From Minisyncoccota bacterium (GTDB lineage: Bacteria > Patescibacteriota > Minisyncoccia > UBA6257 > UBA9933), in contig JBAZEU010000001.1 in assembly GCA_041653755.1 (NCBI GenBank), forward strand, positions 129,398-193,397: a stretch of DNA of 64,000 nucleotides, given 5' to 3'. Below, piece after piece: positions 1 through 9,474 of the stretch; position 1 is the first letter of the stretch; the number at the start of each line of letters is the position of its first letter. The position numbers were made by a program, and so were the translations under genes. The notes under the pieces are model-generated. The model ran no database searches. It was not told the DNA's origin and worked only from the letters and a program-made list of their open reading frames with translations.

Positions 1-7
1 GGGGAAA

Positions 8-400
8 ATGGAATTCAATAAGCTCGTAGAAAGATATCACACGGTATTTGCTGTGCTCATCAAAAAAAGTTTAACCAAAGAGGAATGGGGCAATTTGATA
101 TTCAAAGATTGTCTTGCAGTGGTCCTCGAGTGCGAAAGATGCCAAGAGCATACGATTGAGTCACTTGCTAGGACAAGGATGCAAGAAATAGGGACTTTTC
201 AAGATTGGAAGAACGTTAGAGAAAAAGGCTTCAATGTCTTAGGAGATCTCCATCACCGGGCCTTCGATATGATGCGCTCGTTGGCAAAAACCATCAACGA
301 GTGGAAAATGGTCTATGATGCCGCCGAAGATGACGAGGGTCGTGCGAAGGCACTCGCAAAGATCAGAGAGCTGTGTGAGAAAGACGAAGACTTAAAATAA
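8..400 (+). CDS. hypothetical protein
   Basis: 130-aa ORF with no recognisable motif; followed by a hairpin terminator. Confidence 0.45.
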   Translation: MEFNKLVERYHTVFAVLIKKSLTKEEWGNLIFKDCLAVVLECERCQEHTIESLARTRMQEIGTFQDWKNVREKGFNVLGDLHHRAFDMMRSLAKTINEWKMVYDAAEDDEGRAKALAKIRELCEKDEDLK

Positions 401-423
401 GTAATTTGAACGATAATAAAACC

Positions 424-458
424 GGAGCCGGTGTGAATCTACATCGGCTCCTTTTTTA
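424..458 (+). terminator. intrinsic terminator
   Basis: GGAGCCG-loop-CGGCTCC stem followed by T6. Confidence 0.6.
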
Positions 459-504
459 TTCTTTTACTTCCCATTAATATTTTTTTCTGGTAAAGTATTT
501 TTAT

Positions 505-576
505 GCCGGTGTAGCTCAGTGGCAGAGCAGCGCTTTTGTAAAGCGAAGGTCGGGGGTTCAAATCCCTTCACCGGCT
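505..576 (+). tRNA. tRNA-Thr (anticodon UGU)
   Basis: Cloverleaf GCCGGTG...CACCGGC with GTTCAAATCC T-arm; anticodon loop TTTGTAA; G27-A43 mismatch as in E. coli tRNA-Thr. Confidence 0.8.
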
Positions 577-589
577 CAGAAAAATTATT

Positions 590-661
590 GCCGATGTAGT
601 TCAGTGGCAGAACGCTTTCTTGGTAAGAAAGAGGTCGTGGGTCCAATTCCCACCATCGGCT
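590..661 (+). tRNA. tRNA-Thr (anticodon GGU)
   Basis: Cloverleaf GCCGATG...CATCGGC; anticodon stem CTTTC/GAAAG with loop TTGGTAA. Confidence 0.8.
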
Positions 662-715
662 CACGAATTTTTATTAAAGCTGGTCAGAGAGGATAAAATA
701 TGTTAATTTAATTGT

Positions 716-889
716 ATGGCGAAATCAAAATTCAGCGAAAATTTAATAAGGTTAAAATGTGGCGTTTGCGGACGCATCAATTATTATACCCGCAAAAATA
801 AGAAAACCGTTCAGAAGAAATTAGCCCTGAAAAAACATTGTAAGTGGTGTAAAAAACACACGGCTCATAAAGAGACCTCTAAAAAATAA
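716..889 (+). CDS. rpmG: 50S ribosomal protein L33
   Basis: 57-aa ORF MAKSKFSENLIRLKCGVCGRINYYTRKNKKTVQKKLALKKHCKWCKKHTAHKETSKK with two CxxC pairs; below the 60-aa cutoff of the ORF track. Confidence 0.8.
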   Translation: MAKSKFSENLIRLKCGVCGRINYYTRKNKKTVQKKLALKKHCKWCKKHTAHKETSKK

Positions 890-893
890 AGAG

Positions 894-964
894 GGGAGTT
901 TAGGTAAGTGGTATACCGGCGGTCTCCAAAACCGCATTCGGGGGTTCGATTCCCTCAACTCCCG
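894..964 (+). tRNA. tRNA-Trp (anticodon CCA)
   Basis: Acceptor GGGAGTT/AACTCCC; anticodon stem GCGGT/ACCGC with loop CTCCAAA; T-arm GGGGGTTCGATTCCC. Confidence 0.85.
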
Positions 965-973
965 CTTTTATAT

Positions 974-1606
974 ATGAATCCTAATTACGAAAATCTTGTA
1001 AATTCTCTCATTAAAGACGGGTATCTAAAAACTCCGGAGATTATAGAAGCGTTCAAAACGATCGACCGAGTTAACTTTGTCAGAGAAGAAGATAAAGAAA
1101 ATACTTATGTTAATGCGCCGCTCCCGATTGGTTTCGATCAAACAATCTCACAGCCACTCACCGTCGCTTTTATGTTGGAACTTTTAGAGCCGAAGAAAGG
1201 AGAAAAGATTTTAGATGTCGGCGCCGGTTCCGGATGGACATCGACCTTATTAGCGCAAATAGTTTCAGAAACCGGGAAAGTTATTGCGTTAGAATTAATT
1301 CCTGAACTTTGTGAATTCGGGAAGAAAAATGTATCTAACTATAATTTCGTAAAAAAGGGGATTTTGAATTTTCTTTGCGCCGACGGTTACAAAGGATTTG
1401 AGGAAGAAATGCCTTTTGATAAAATTTTGGTTTCAGCGGCTGCTTCGGAAATTCCTCCTGCTTTGAAAAAACAATTGAAGATTGGCGGAAGAATAGTTGT
1501 GCCGATTGGCCAGAGCATTTTTGTTATAGAAAAACACGAAAAAGATCAATTTACTGAAAAAGAGTATTTTGGCTTCAGTTTTGTGCCGTTGGTGAAAGGG
1601 AAATAG
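974..1606 (+). CDS. pcm: protein-L-isoaspartate O-methyltransferase
   Basis: SAM motif ILDVGAGSGW plus PLPIGFDQTISQP and overall PIMT layout. The track ORF starts at 908 inside tRNA-Trp, so the start is moved to ATG 974 (MNPNYEN). Confidence 0.75.
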   Translation: MNPNYENLVNSLIKDGYLKTPEIIEAFKTIDRVNFVREEDKENTYVNAPLPIGFDQTISQPLTVAFMLELLEPKKGEKILDVGAGSGWTSTLLAQIVSETGKVIALELIPELCEFGKKNVSNYNFVKKGILNFLCADGYKGFEEEMPFDKILVSAAASEIPPALKKQLKIGGRIVVPIGQSIFVIEKHEKDQFTEKEYFGFSFVPLVKGK

Positions 1607-1653
1607 GCACTTATCCTCGTGTTTTTGTTAATAAATAGCCCCAAGAAGGGCTA

Positions 1654-1682
1654 TTGACATTTTCGTAGCGAACTGGTATAAT
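1654..1682 (+). promoter_or_regulatory. sigma-70-type promoter (TTGACA-17-TATAAT)
   Basis: Perfect consensus hexamers with a 17-nt spacer, about 75 nt upstream of the 1758 ORF; GGAGG RBS downstream. Confidence 0.5.
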
Positions 1683-1757
1683 TACGATAGAATTAGAATT
1701 AAAAACTGAATAAAGGAATTATACAGATTTCAACTTTTAAACTTTTGGAGGAGTAAA

Positions 1758-2225
1758 ATGACAAAGAAAATGATGTTGGTGGGGATTGTAGTGGCTTTAA
1801 TTAGCTCTTGCATCTTGTTACCGACGGCAAAAGCAGAAAGTTTAATTTCGTTGGATGTTCTCACAGATATTGGTATGAAACTGGCAAACGGAAAGCATTT
1901 AGACAGCCACGATCTGAAGACCATCGTGAAGGATGCTTCTAGAAAGGACGAATTGGAAGTTTCGGTTATCAATGTTTCTGATATTTCTATCTCTGTGATA
2001 ATTGACGGGAAATTCGAAAAAAAGATTGGGCAAGGCGGAATATGGAAAAGACCTAAATCTCTTTCGGTTCCTTGTCTGGAAGGAGAAGACATAAGGCACA
2101 GGATAGAGATTATAGGAGAAAGAAACGGAGAATTTGTCAGCATGGGGAAAACTCTCTACGCATACAGAGGAATGGGTACGAGTGATGACGGGCACATCAA
2201 AGTAACGAAAAGTAATCTTCGGTGA
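1758..2225 (+). CDS. secreted hypothetical protein
   Basis: N-terminal signal peptide (MTKKMMLVGIVVALISSCILLPTAKA), own promoter and terminator. Preferred over the overlapping minus-strand ORF. Confidence 0.55.
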   Translation: MTKKMMLVGIVVALISSCILLPTAKAESLISLDVLTDIGMKLANGKHLDSHDLKTIVKDASRKDELEVSVINVSDISISVIIDGKFEKKIGQGGIWKRPKSLSVPCLEGEDIRHRIEIIGERNGEFVSMGKTLYAYRGMGTSDDGHIKVTKSNLR

Positions 2226-2241
2226 TCTCGGATATCTCTAA

Positions 2242-2290
2242 ATCTCGGAGGTTTCGTGGTGAAAACCATGTAAACCTCCGAGATTTTTTG
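2242..2290 (+). terminator. intrinsic terminator
   Basis: 13-bp stem ATCTCGGAGGTTT...AAACCTCCGAGAT followed by T6. Confidence 0.7.
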
Positions 2291-2305
2291 TTATTATAAT
2301 GGCTA

Positions 2306-2334
2306 TTGACATTGTTTTAAATGGCTGATATAAT
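2306..2334 (+). promoter_or_regulatory. sigma-70-type promoter (TTGACA-17-TATAAT)
   Basis: Consensus hexamers with a 17-nt spacer; shares the GGCTATTGACAT motif with the promoter at 1654. Confidence 0.45.
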
Positions 2335-2411
2335 TCAACCAGTTCTTAGATTTATAAATAAGTAATAAAAAGCCGAAGACATCGGCTTTTAACTCTAAAG
2401 GAGGAAATAAG

Positions 2412-3194
2412 ATGAGGAAGCTGATGATAGGATCAGTCGGGATGTTGTTGATTGTGGCTTTCTGTTTCTTTGGCATAACGGCCGAAGCATTAGATATTCA
2501 GGCCAGACCAGCGGCGGCAATAAGCCAAGCGAACATTCCTGATGCCTCAACGGTATTAGGAAGCGATCCATGGAGGGATCGTGCGGGTCGTATTCTTCCC
2601 GGAAGAACATCCTTTGTTCTCCAGAAAGAATTGATAGCTCGAACACAGGGCTTTAAGAGTAAAAAGTGGGTGACCGTTCGTTTTTGCCCTGGATACATTT
2701 TTGCGGTTCTGCCTGATACTGGCGAAGTTGATTATATTGTGCAATGCGGTAATCCTATCCGCGCAACGGATGGATCCAAAATCCGCATAATTCTTCAACA
2801 GTCAGAAGAACAGCCCGTGCAAAGAGAGTGCCTGGTTAGTCAGGTTGAAGCTGAACCGCAAGCTTATGCCCAACAATCCGTTCAACGACAGTCTGTTTAT
2901 CGGCAAGAATCGAAATTCGATCATTACAATAGATTGGTCGGTGATTCGCTTCTTACGGTTACCGGTTCGAATTTTCGACATGGCGATGACGATTTAGGAT
3001 GGTGGACTCTTGGAGGAGCGATCGTGAGTCGCATAATATCAACTTCAAGAGGACAGAAATATAATGGAGAGTCGTTGCTTGAGGATGGAATTCGCGGCGG
3101 GATAGGTTATGCAGCAAGTTCAGATTCTGAGGAGGATATAGTTTATATCAATTCAGATTCTGATGATGGCTCCGATGGAGACGGCGGAAACTAA
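2412..3194 (+). CDS. secreted hypothetical protein with acidic D/S-rich C-terminus
   Basis: AAGGAGG RBS and signal peptide; GC content visibly higher than neighbouring genes. Confidence 0.6.
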   Translation: MRKLMIGSVGMLLIVAFCFFGITAEALDIQARPAAAISQANIPDASTVLGSDPWRDRAGRILPGRTSFVLQKELIARTQGFKSKKWVTVRFCPGYIFAVLPDTGEVDYIVQCGNPIRATDGSKIRIILQQSEEQPVQRECLVSQVEAEPQAYAQQSVQRQSVYRQESKFDHYNRLVGDSLLTVTGSNFRHGDDDLGWWTLGGAIVSRIISTSRGQKYNGESLLEDGIRGGIGYAASSDSEEDIVYINSDSDDGSDGDGGN

Positions 3195-3215
3195 ATCGCA
3201 AGAGATAAATTTATT

Positions 3216-3247
3216 CCCCAGGGAAAATCAATTGATTTTCCCTGGGG
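3216..3247 (+). terminator. strong hairpin (probable terminator)
   Basis: 14-bp stem CCCCAGGGAAAATC/GATTTTCCCTGGGG; no T-run on the + strand. Confidence 0.4.
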
Positions 3248-3332
3248 GCACATTTCGAACGCTTTATTATAAATAGAACGCTCGAAACGCGCTAAATCGT
3301 AAGCGTCGTAATTAATTAAAAGAAAAAATAAA

Positions 3333-5408
3333 ATGATTAAGTTATTCGAAAGAAGAAATTATTTGAAAGTATTATCAACCACTGTTCTTTTGGCGGCTGT
3401 TTTAATGCCGGCTGGCATAATTCAGGCAGCTTCATTTACGGCCGATAAACCGACATTAAGGGTTTCTAATTATACAGATCATCCGAATTCTAATTCTGAT
3501 TGGTTTTCTTCTGTTTCTGCCGATGCTGGGGACATTATAAGTTTCAATATTTATTATCATAACAGTTCTAACGAAGCTGCAAATCAAACAAGAGTAAAAT
3601 TAAATTTGCCTTCAGGGCAATTTACCAGCGGTTCTATTTCGGCCACTGTCTCTGCTCAAGATGCTAACCAGATGAATGGTTCGGTATCTGTTTCGTTGAG
3701 CTCTAGTCAAGCACTTACTTTGAGATCAGGAGAAATTTTCTGGTATAAAAACGGCAATGTTGATTATAGTCAATCTCAGTCGCTTCCTTCTGGCCAGAAT
3801 GGCAGTGAAATAATTTCTGGTTCGGGAATTAACTTGGGTAACATTCCGGCCGGAGATCGTGGACAAGTGGTTGTTAGGGTTCAAGTCGGCAGTAATTCTT
3901 CCGGTTCCGCTCCGGTAGTCAACACAAATTCAGCTTATTCAATTTATCAAAATTCAGCTTATTTAAGCGGCAATGTTGATCCGAACAACAGTAATACTGA
4001 TTTTTGGTTCGAGTATGGCACAAATAGTTCTTTGGGTAGTACAGTTAATTTTCAATCGATTGGATCGGGAGACAGTTCAATAAATGAAAGTTATTATCTT
4101 TCTGGTCTTCAATCGAATACAACTTATTATTATCGAGCTGTTGCGAGAAACCAATATGGTACAAATTATGGAAGCATTTTAAATTTCTACACTCAATCAG
4201 GCTCTAATAATAATTCTTCCGCCCCTACTGTTTTTACCAATTCCGCCACTTCGATAACTTATAACTCCGCAGTGTTAAACGGATCAATTGATGCGAATGG
4301 AAGTTATACGAACGCTTGGTTCGAATACGGCACTTCGCAATCATTCGGATATACAACTGGTTCTCAAAGCGTAGGAAGCTCTAACTATTCAAACGATTAT
4401 TCTTCTTACATTTCTAATCTTTCTCCTAACACAACTTATCATTATCGAGCTGTTGCATCCAATAGCTATGGCACAAATTATGGAGGGACATTGACGTTCT
4501 ATACCAACAGTTCTGGTCAGATTTATTATTCTAACCAGCCGACTGTTACAACCGTAAACGCTTCGCCCGTTTATCAAAATTCTGCTTTAGTAAATGGTTC
4601 TGTCAATCCTAACGGCGGTTATACAACTGCGTGGTTTCAGTGGGGCACTAATAATAATTTAGGGAATACCACTGTTTCTCAATCAGTCGGTTCCGGAACA
4701 AACTTTACAAATAGCGTAGCCGCTTTGACGGGACTTTCTGCGAACACAACTTATTATTATCGGGCAGTGGCCTCTAATAATTCGGGCACGGTCTACGGAA
4801 ACATTTTGAGTTTTAACACTCAAGCTACGACCCCGGTTGTTTACCAATATACTCAACCGCAAGTGATTTATGTTTCTAACGCGGTTAAAACTGCATTGCC
4901 TTCGTTAGTGCTTTTGATCTCTAATGCCGACAGAGAAACAGCGATCGCTGGAGGTGAACTGCATTATGTTGTGGTTTATAAGAATTTAAGTCAGCAAAAA
5001 TTAACAGACGTTGTGTTAAAAGTTATTTTTCCGTTAGAAGTTAATTATGTTAGCTCAAATCCAAAAGCGATTTCTCTTGAAGGGAATACTATTACCTATC
5101 GAGTTGGGACTTTAGACCCAGACGAAGAGGGATCTATGGATGTTGAATTTGCGGTAAAAAACTCCGTACGTAACAATGACTCACTGATTTTCTCTGCGAC
5201 ATTAGATTACCAAGATAAAAATAACGCTCTTCATTCTGACAATACTTTCCTTTCAGTATCAGCAAGCAACAGACCAAGCTTGCTTGCTTCTTTGTTCAGC
5301 ATTGGCGGATTTGGTGGCATACTCTTTTGGGGATTGATTTTAGGAATTATTATCGGTTTCCTAATCTACTGGTTTGGGTTAAGAAGAAGGTTTGTTAAAA
5401 GTTACTGA
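3333..5408 (+). CDS. large cell-surface protein with four Fn3-like repeats, a DUF11-like domain and a C-terminal transmembrane anchor
   Basis: Signal peptide; four ~100-aa repeats ending ...NTTYYYRAVA.N.YGTNYG; C-terminal hydrophobic segment followed by RRRF. Confidence 0.7.
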   Translation: MIKLFERRNYLKVLSTTVLLAAVLMPAGIIQAASFTADKPTLRVSNYTDHPNSNSDWFSSVSADAGDIISFNIYYHNSSNEAANQTRVKLNLPSGQFTSGSISATVSAQDANQMNGSVSVSLSSSQALTLRSGEIFWYKNGNVDYSQSQSLPSGQNGSEIISGSGINLGNIPAGDRGQVVVRVQVGSNSSGSAPVVNTNSAYSIYQNSAYLSGNVDPNNSNTDFWFEYGTNSSLGSTVNFQSIGSGDSSINESYYLSGLQSNTTYYYRAVARNQYGTNYGSILNFYTQSGSNNNSSAPTVFTNSATSITYNSAVLNGSIDANGSYTNAWFEYGTSQSFGYTTGSQSVGSSNYSNDYSSYISNLSPNTTYHYRAVASNSYGTNYGGTLTFYTNSSGQIYYSNQPTVTTVNASPVYQNSALVNGSVNPNGGYTTAWFQWGTNNNLGNTTVSQSVGSGTNFTNSVAALTGLSANTTYYYRAVASNNSGTVYGNILSFNTQATTPVVYQYTQPQVIYVSNAVKTALPSLVLLISNADRETAIAGGELHYVVVYKNLSQQKLTDVVLKVIFPLEVNYVSSNPKAISLEGNTITYRVGTLDPDEEGSMDVEFAVKNSVRNNDSLIFSATLDYQDKNNALHSDNTFLSVSASNRPSLLASLFSIGGFGGILFWGLILGIIIGFLIYWFGLRRRFVKSY

Positions 5409-5435
5409 GATAAATAAAGGATTGATATGTAAAAA

Positions 5436-5466
5436 CCGTCCCGATTCTAATCGGGACGGTTTTTTG
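5436..5466 (+). terminator. intrinsic terminator
   Basis: Stem CCGTCCCGA...TCGGGACGG followed by T7. Confidence 0.7.
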
Positions 5467-5483
5467 TTAAAATAGAATTAAAT

Positions 5484-6362
5484 ATGGATATAAAAGAACA
5501 AAATAATGGTTATGAAAAAATTGGTCCGACAGCTTGGGGCGTATCATATTCTCGTTCTCTCTCCGATATTAAATATGCCGCAGAGATTTTTCATGAATTG
5601 GAACTCAGTATAAAAACAACTAGTAAAGAAGAAGTTGAGTACTTTGAGGCATCCAAAAAATCTAAGCTTGCACCGCAATTCGAGGCAAGACAAAAACTTA
5701 TAGACCGTTTAATCGAAGAAAATAAGAATGATCAGATTTTAGAAATTGCTGCTGGTTTTTCTTCTCGTGGATTGGCTATGACCGAAAAAAATGATTCTTT
5801 GAAATATGTCGAGGTTGATTTGCCGTATATAGCAGAACATAAGAAACAAATTCTTCAGGTATTGTCTTCTAAATACGGAATTAATCCGAGTGTAAATCTG
5901 CGCATAGAAAGTGGCGACGCACTTGATTTGAATTCTTTATTTGAATCTGTAAAATATTTTGAACAGAAGCCGATTTCTGTTGTTAACGAAGGTCTCTTAC
6001 GATATTTAAGTTTTGACCAAAAATCTATTGTAGCCAAAAATGTTCATGCATTGTTAGAGAAATTTGGGGGTGTTTGGATTACGTCAGACATCACTCTAAG
6101 AAGAATACTTACATATGAGCAAGAAAGAGAAAGTAATCGAGAAAGAGTTTTAGCATTGTCAGGAATTAATGTAGTGGAGAATAGTTTTGATAATGCAGAG
6201 GCGGCAAAAATATTTTTCGAAAATCTGGGATTTAGTGTTGAGAAGCATGGCTTTCCAGAAGTTATAGATCAATTGGTATCTCCTGAAAAATTGGGCTTGT
6301 CTATGGGCAAGGTTCAGGAAATGATCAATAATCTCGTTGTTTTTGTCATGAGGGTCAGATGA
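5484..6362 (+). CDS. class I SAM-dependent methyltransferase (LCM / TIGR00027-like)
   Basis: N-terminal GPTAWGVSYSRS...; LEIAAGFSSRG resembles the L.GAG.DTR motif. Confidence 0.5.
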   Translation: MDIKEQNNGYEKIGPTAWGVSYSRSLSDIKYAAEIFHELELSIKTTSKEEVEYFEASKKSKLAPQFEARQKLIDRLIEENKNDQILEIAAGFSSRGLAMTEKNDSLKYVEVDLPYIAEHKKQILQVLSSKYGINPSVNLRIESGDALDLNSLFESVKYFEQKPISVVNEGLLRYLSFDQKSIVAKNVHALLEKFGGVWITSDITLRRILTYEQERESNRERVLALSGINVVENSFDNAEAAKIFFENLGFSVEKHGFPEVIDQLVSPEKLGLSMGKVQEMINNLVVFVMRVR

Positions 6363-6448
6363 TATTTCAGTCGTCTGGATTATCATAAAAGAACTGTAAA
6401 AGTTTTATATGTCTGTCAGTGGGCAGGTTTTTTTGGTAAAATAGAAAG

Positions 6449-8176
6449 ATGCCAACCCCAGCAGAAGAAATCAAGAATAAAATCGATATAGTTGATTTTA
6501 TTAAGAGTTATATTACTTTAAGGCCGGCAGGCAGGAATTTTAAGGCTAATTGTCCTTTTCATAAGGAAACTGCGCCTTCTTTTATTGTTTCGCCGGATAA
6601 ACAAATTTGGCATTGTTTCGGTTGTAATAAAGGAGGGGATGTTATTAAGTTTTTGATGGAGCACGATAATTTAGAATTTCATGAAGCACTGGGAATTTTA
6701 GCGGAGAAAGCCGGTATAGAATTAAAAAGAATCAATCCAGCCGAGCAAAAACAAATTGGGGTCTTATACGATATTTCCGAGAAAGCAAAAGAATTTTTCA
6801 AAAAAAATCTTGGGACATCGCCGGAAGCGATGAAATATTTAAAAGACAGGGGGTTGAAAGATAAAACGATTGAAGAATTTGAAATAGGTTTGGCGTCGAA
6901 TAATTTTGACGAACTAACTAAGCATCTCATGGGGCTTGGTTACAACGTCAATGATATTGAGAGAAGCGGTTTGTCAGCGAAGAGCAGGGGAGGAACTTAT
7001 GTTGATAAATTTAGAGGACGATTAATTTTTCCAATTTATAATCATTTCGGGAAAGTGGTTGCGTTCGGCGGAAGAATTTTGCCGTGGGCTGATTCTACGG
7101 GTGAGCTCGCAAAATATATCAATAGCTCTGATAGTTTAATTTATAATAAATCACGAATTCTTTATGGTTTTCATAAAACCAAGAGCCATATAAAAGACAG
7201 CGGTTTTGCCGTATTGGTGGAAGGTTATATGGACCTTTTGATGAGCTATCAGGATGGGGTAAAAAATGTAGTAGCGGTTTCGGGCACGGCTCTGACTCCG
7301 GACCAATTAAGAGCATTAAGGCGTTATACAGACCAATTGGTCTTTTGTTTTGACACTGACAGTGCCGGGCTTAATGCGGCTGAAAGATCGATCGACCTAG
7401 CTCTTTCTGGCGATTTTGACATTAAAATTTTAGTTTTAAAGGATTTCAAAGACCCGGCTGAAATGGTTTTTGGTTCTCCAGGTGTTTTGGTAAAAGCCGT
7501 TAAAGATGCTAAGCCAATTATGGAGTTCTACCTCGATTATTATAAACTTAGTGATTTTAATTCGGTTTCAGGAGCTGAAGTGCCGAATTTCAAAAAAATT
7601 CTTCGTTCGCTTTTGACAAAAATTAAAAATTTAACTAGTGCCGTTGAAAAATCTTTTTGGCTTAAACAACTTTCCAAAAGATTTAATATTGATGAGAATT
7701 CATTAATAGAAGAATTAGATAAAATAAAAACTGATAAAGAAGACAAGAAAGAGGGGATTATTGAAAAGCCATCTTTTTCTCGATGCGAGTTAATCAGTCA
7801 GCGGTTAATTGTTTTGGCGTTGATTAACAAATCATTTCAGTCAGAAATTGAAAATATCTTTGAATTTTTATCAAAGGATTATCAAAAAGTGTTTAATAAT
7901 TTGATTAACAAGCAAACCCTTGAGAATAAACAGCAAGAGGACTTGGCTAAATATATTTTATTAGTTTCCAGTGTCGGTTTGGAGAAATTAGACGAAGAAA
8001 AAACAAAAGATGAATTTGCGTCTCTCGTTACTGAAATAAAATTGGATTTTTTCAAGGGAAAGCGCGGAGCAATGGCACAAGCCATTAAAGAAGCGGAAAA
8101 GAGCGGTGATGAAGAAAAACTAAAGACCGTTCTTAGCCAGTTTGACGAAATTTCAAAAAAGATACAAAATAGATAG
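6449..8176 (+). CDS. dnaG: DNA primase
   Basis: CHC2 zinc finger (CPFHKETAPSF...HCFGCNKGGD) and Toprim region (VLVEGYMD, DTDSAG). Confidence 0.9.
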   Translation: MPTPAEEIKNKIDIVDFIKSYITLRPAGRNFKANCPFHKETAPSFIVSPDKQIWHCFGCNKGGDVIKFLMEHDNLEFHEALGILAEKAGIELKRINPAEQKQIGVLYDISEKAKEFFKKNLGTSPEAMKYLKDRGLKDKTIEEFEIGLASNNFDELTKHLMGLGYNVNDIERSGLSAKSRGGTYVDKFRGRLIFPIYNHFGKVVAFGGRILPWADSTGELAKYINSSDSLIYNKSRILYGFHKTKSHIKDSGFAVLVEGYMDLLMSYQDGVKNVVAVSGTALTPDQLRALRRYTDQLVFCFDTDSAGLNAAERSIDLALSGDFDIKILVLKDFKDPAEMVFGSPGVLVKAVKDAKPIMEFYLDYYKLSDFNSVSGAEVPNFKKILRSLLTKIKNLTSAVEKSFWLKQLSKRFNIDENSLIEELDKIKTDKEDKKEGIIEKPSFSRCELISQRLIVLALINKSFQSEIENIFEFLSKDYQKVFNNLINKQTLENKQQEDLAKYILLVSSVGLEKLDEEKTKDEFASLVTEIKLDFFKGKRGAMAQAIKEAEKSGDEEKLKTVLSQFDEISKKIQNR

Positions 8177-8220
8177 ATATTGATCAGAAAGTATATCCTC
8201 GCTTAAATTAAAAGAACTTT

Positions 8221-9459
8221 ATGAAAAAAAGAAAAAAACCATCTAAAAAAACCAAAAAGATTTCAAAGAAGAAAAAAGTTTCCGGCAAGAACAAGAAAAA
8301 AACTAAAAAAAATAAGCCGGCTAAAAAGAAAAAGGTTTCTAAGAAAGTCGTTAAGAAAGCCGCTAAAAAAGTTAGCGGTCCGAAAAAAAGATTCAAGTTC
8401 GACGAAGGGCTAATCGAAGAATTAATCAAGAAGGGGAGACCCCGCGGTTTTGTGACTGACACTGAAATTTTTTTCTATTTTCCGAATATCGAAGAAGACA
8501 TAGAGTTTTTAGAAGAATTATATAACCGCCTGGATAAAGCCAATATTAAAGTTATCGAAACTAATCAATTAATTCAGTCAGCCGAAGAAACTGAAAGAAT
8601 TGGCGAGGAAAGCTCTCTTGAGACACCCGATGCCGTTCAAATATATCTGAAAGAAATCGGCAAAACGCCGCTTTTAACCGGTGATGAGGAAAAAGAACTG
8701 GCGAAACGAGCCGAGAAAGACGACGAAGAAGCAAGGCAGAGATTGATTAAATCAAACCTTAGATTGGTGGTTTCCATCGCTAAGCGTTATGCCCGCCGAA
8801 GTCCGCAACTTTCAATATTGGATTTAATCCAGGAAGGGAACATCGGTTTAGCAAGAGCAGTTTCGAAATTTGATTATCGAAAAGGATTTAAATTTTCTAC
8901 TTATGCCACTTGGTGGATAAGACAGGCAATTACCAGAGCTTTAGCGGATCAATCTCGAACTATCAGAATTCCAGTTCATATGGTAGAGATTATTTCTAAG
9001 TATACTCAGACAAAAAGGCGTTTGTCGCAGGAGCTTGGCCGGGAACCATTACCAGAAGAAATATCTATTGAAATGGGCATAGAGGTCGATAAGATACACT
9101 ATATTCAAAAAATTTCCCAGGAAGTTCTTTCTTTGGAATCGCCAATCAGCGAAGACGATGAGGATTCAACTCTTCAAGAATTCATCAGAGATGAGAAAAG
9201 CTTAACTCCTGTTCAATTAGCCGATCAGACTCTTTTAAGAGAAAAAATTAAAGAAGTGTTGGTTGATTTGGCGGAGAGAGAACAGGAAATTTTGAAAATG
9301 AGATTTGGATTAACAGATGGAATTACGCACACCTTGGAAGAGGTAGGCAAAAAATTCAACGTTACCAGAGAAAGAATTCGTCAGATAGAAGCCAAGGCCT
9401 TAGAAAAAATCAGAGGGCACCAAAAGTCAAAGATTTTAGAAGAATATAAAGAGTCGTAA
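8221..9459 (+). CDS. rpoD: RNA polymerase sigma factor (sigma-70 family) with poly-Lys N-terminus
   Basis: Region 2-4 motifs ([41 protein letters not shown]; [21 protein letters not shown]); the dnaG-rpoD pairing is classic. Confidence 0.9.
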   Translation: MKKRKKPSKKTKKISKKKKVSGKNKKKTKKNKPAKKKKVSKKVVKKAAKKVSGPKKRFKFDEGLIEELIKKGRPRGFVTDTEIFFYFPNIEEDIEFLEELYNRLDKANIKVIETNQLIQSAEETERIGEESSLETPDAVQIYLKEIGKTPLLTGDEEKELAKRAEKDDEEARQRLIKSNLRLVVSIAKRYARRSPQLSILDLIQEGNIGLARAVSKFDYRKGFKFSTYATWWIRQAITRALADQSRTIRIPVHMVEIISKYTQTKRRLSQELGREPLPEEISIEMGIEVDKIHYIQKISQEVLSLESPISEDDEDSTLQEFIRDEKSLTPVQLADQTLLREKIKEVLVDLAEREQEILKMRFGLTDGITHTLEEVGKKFNVTRERIRQIEAKALEKIRGHQKSKILEEYKES

Positions 9460-9474
9460 TTAAAAAATTTTACC

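Noticed and set aside
464-664. Minus-strand 66-aa ORF
   Set aside because: It completely overlaps the two tRNA-Thr genes and is an artefact.
908-973. N-terminal 22 codons of the track ORF 908..1606
   Set aside because: They overlap tRNA-Trp. The conserved PIMT sequence starts at Met 974.
1730-2195. Minus-strand ORFs (137 and 98 aa) opposite the 1758..2225 gene
   Set aside because: The plus-strand ORF has a promoter, RBS, signal peptide and terminator. The minus-strand ORFs are low-complexity shadows.
2395-2798. Three overlapping minus-strand ORFs inside the GC-rich gene 2412..3194
   Set aside because: These are shadow ORFs favoured by high GC. The plus-strand gene has an RBS and signal peptide.
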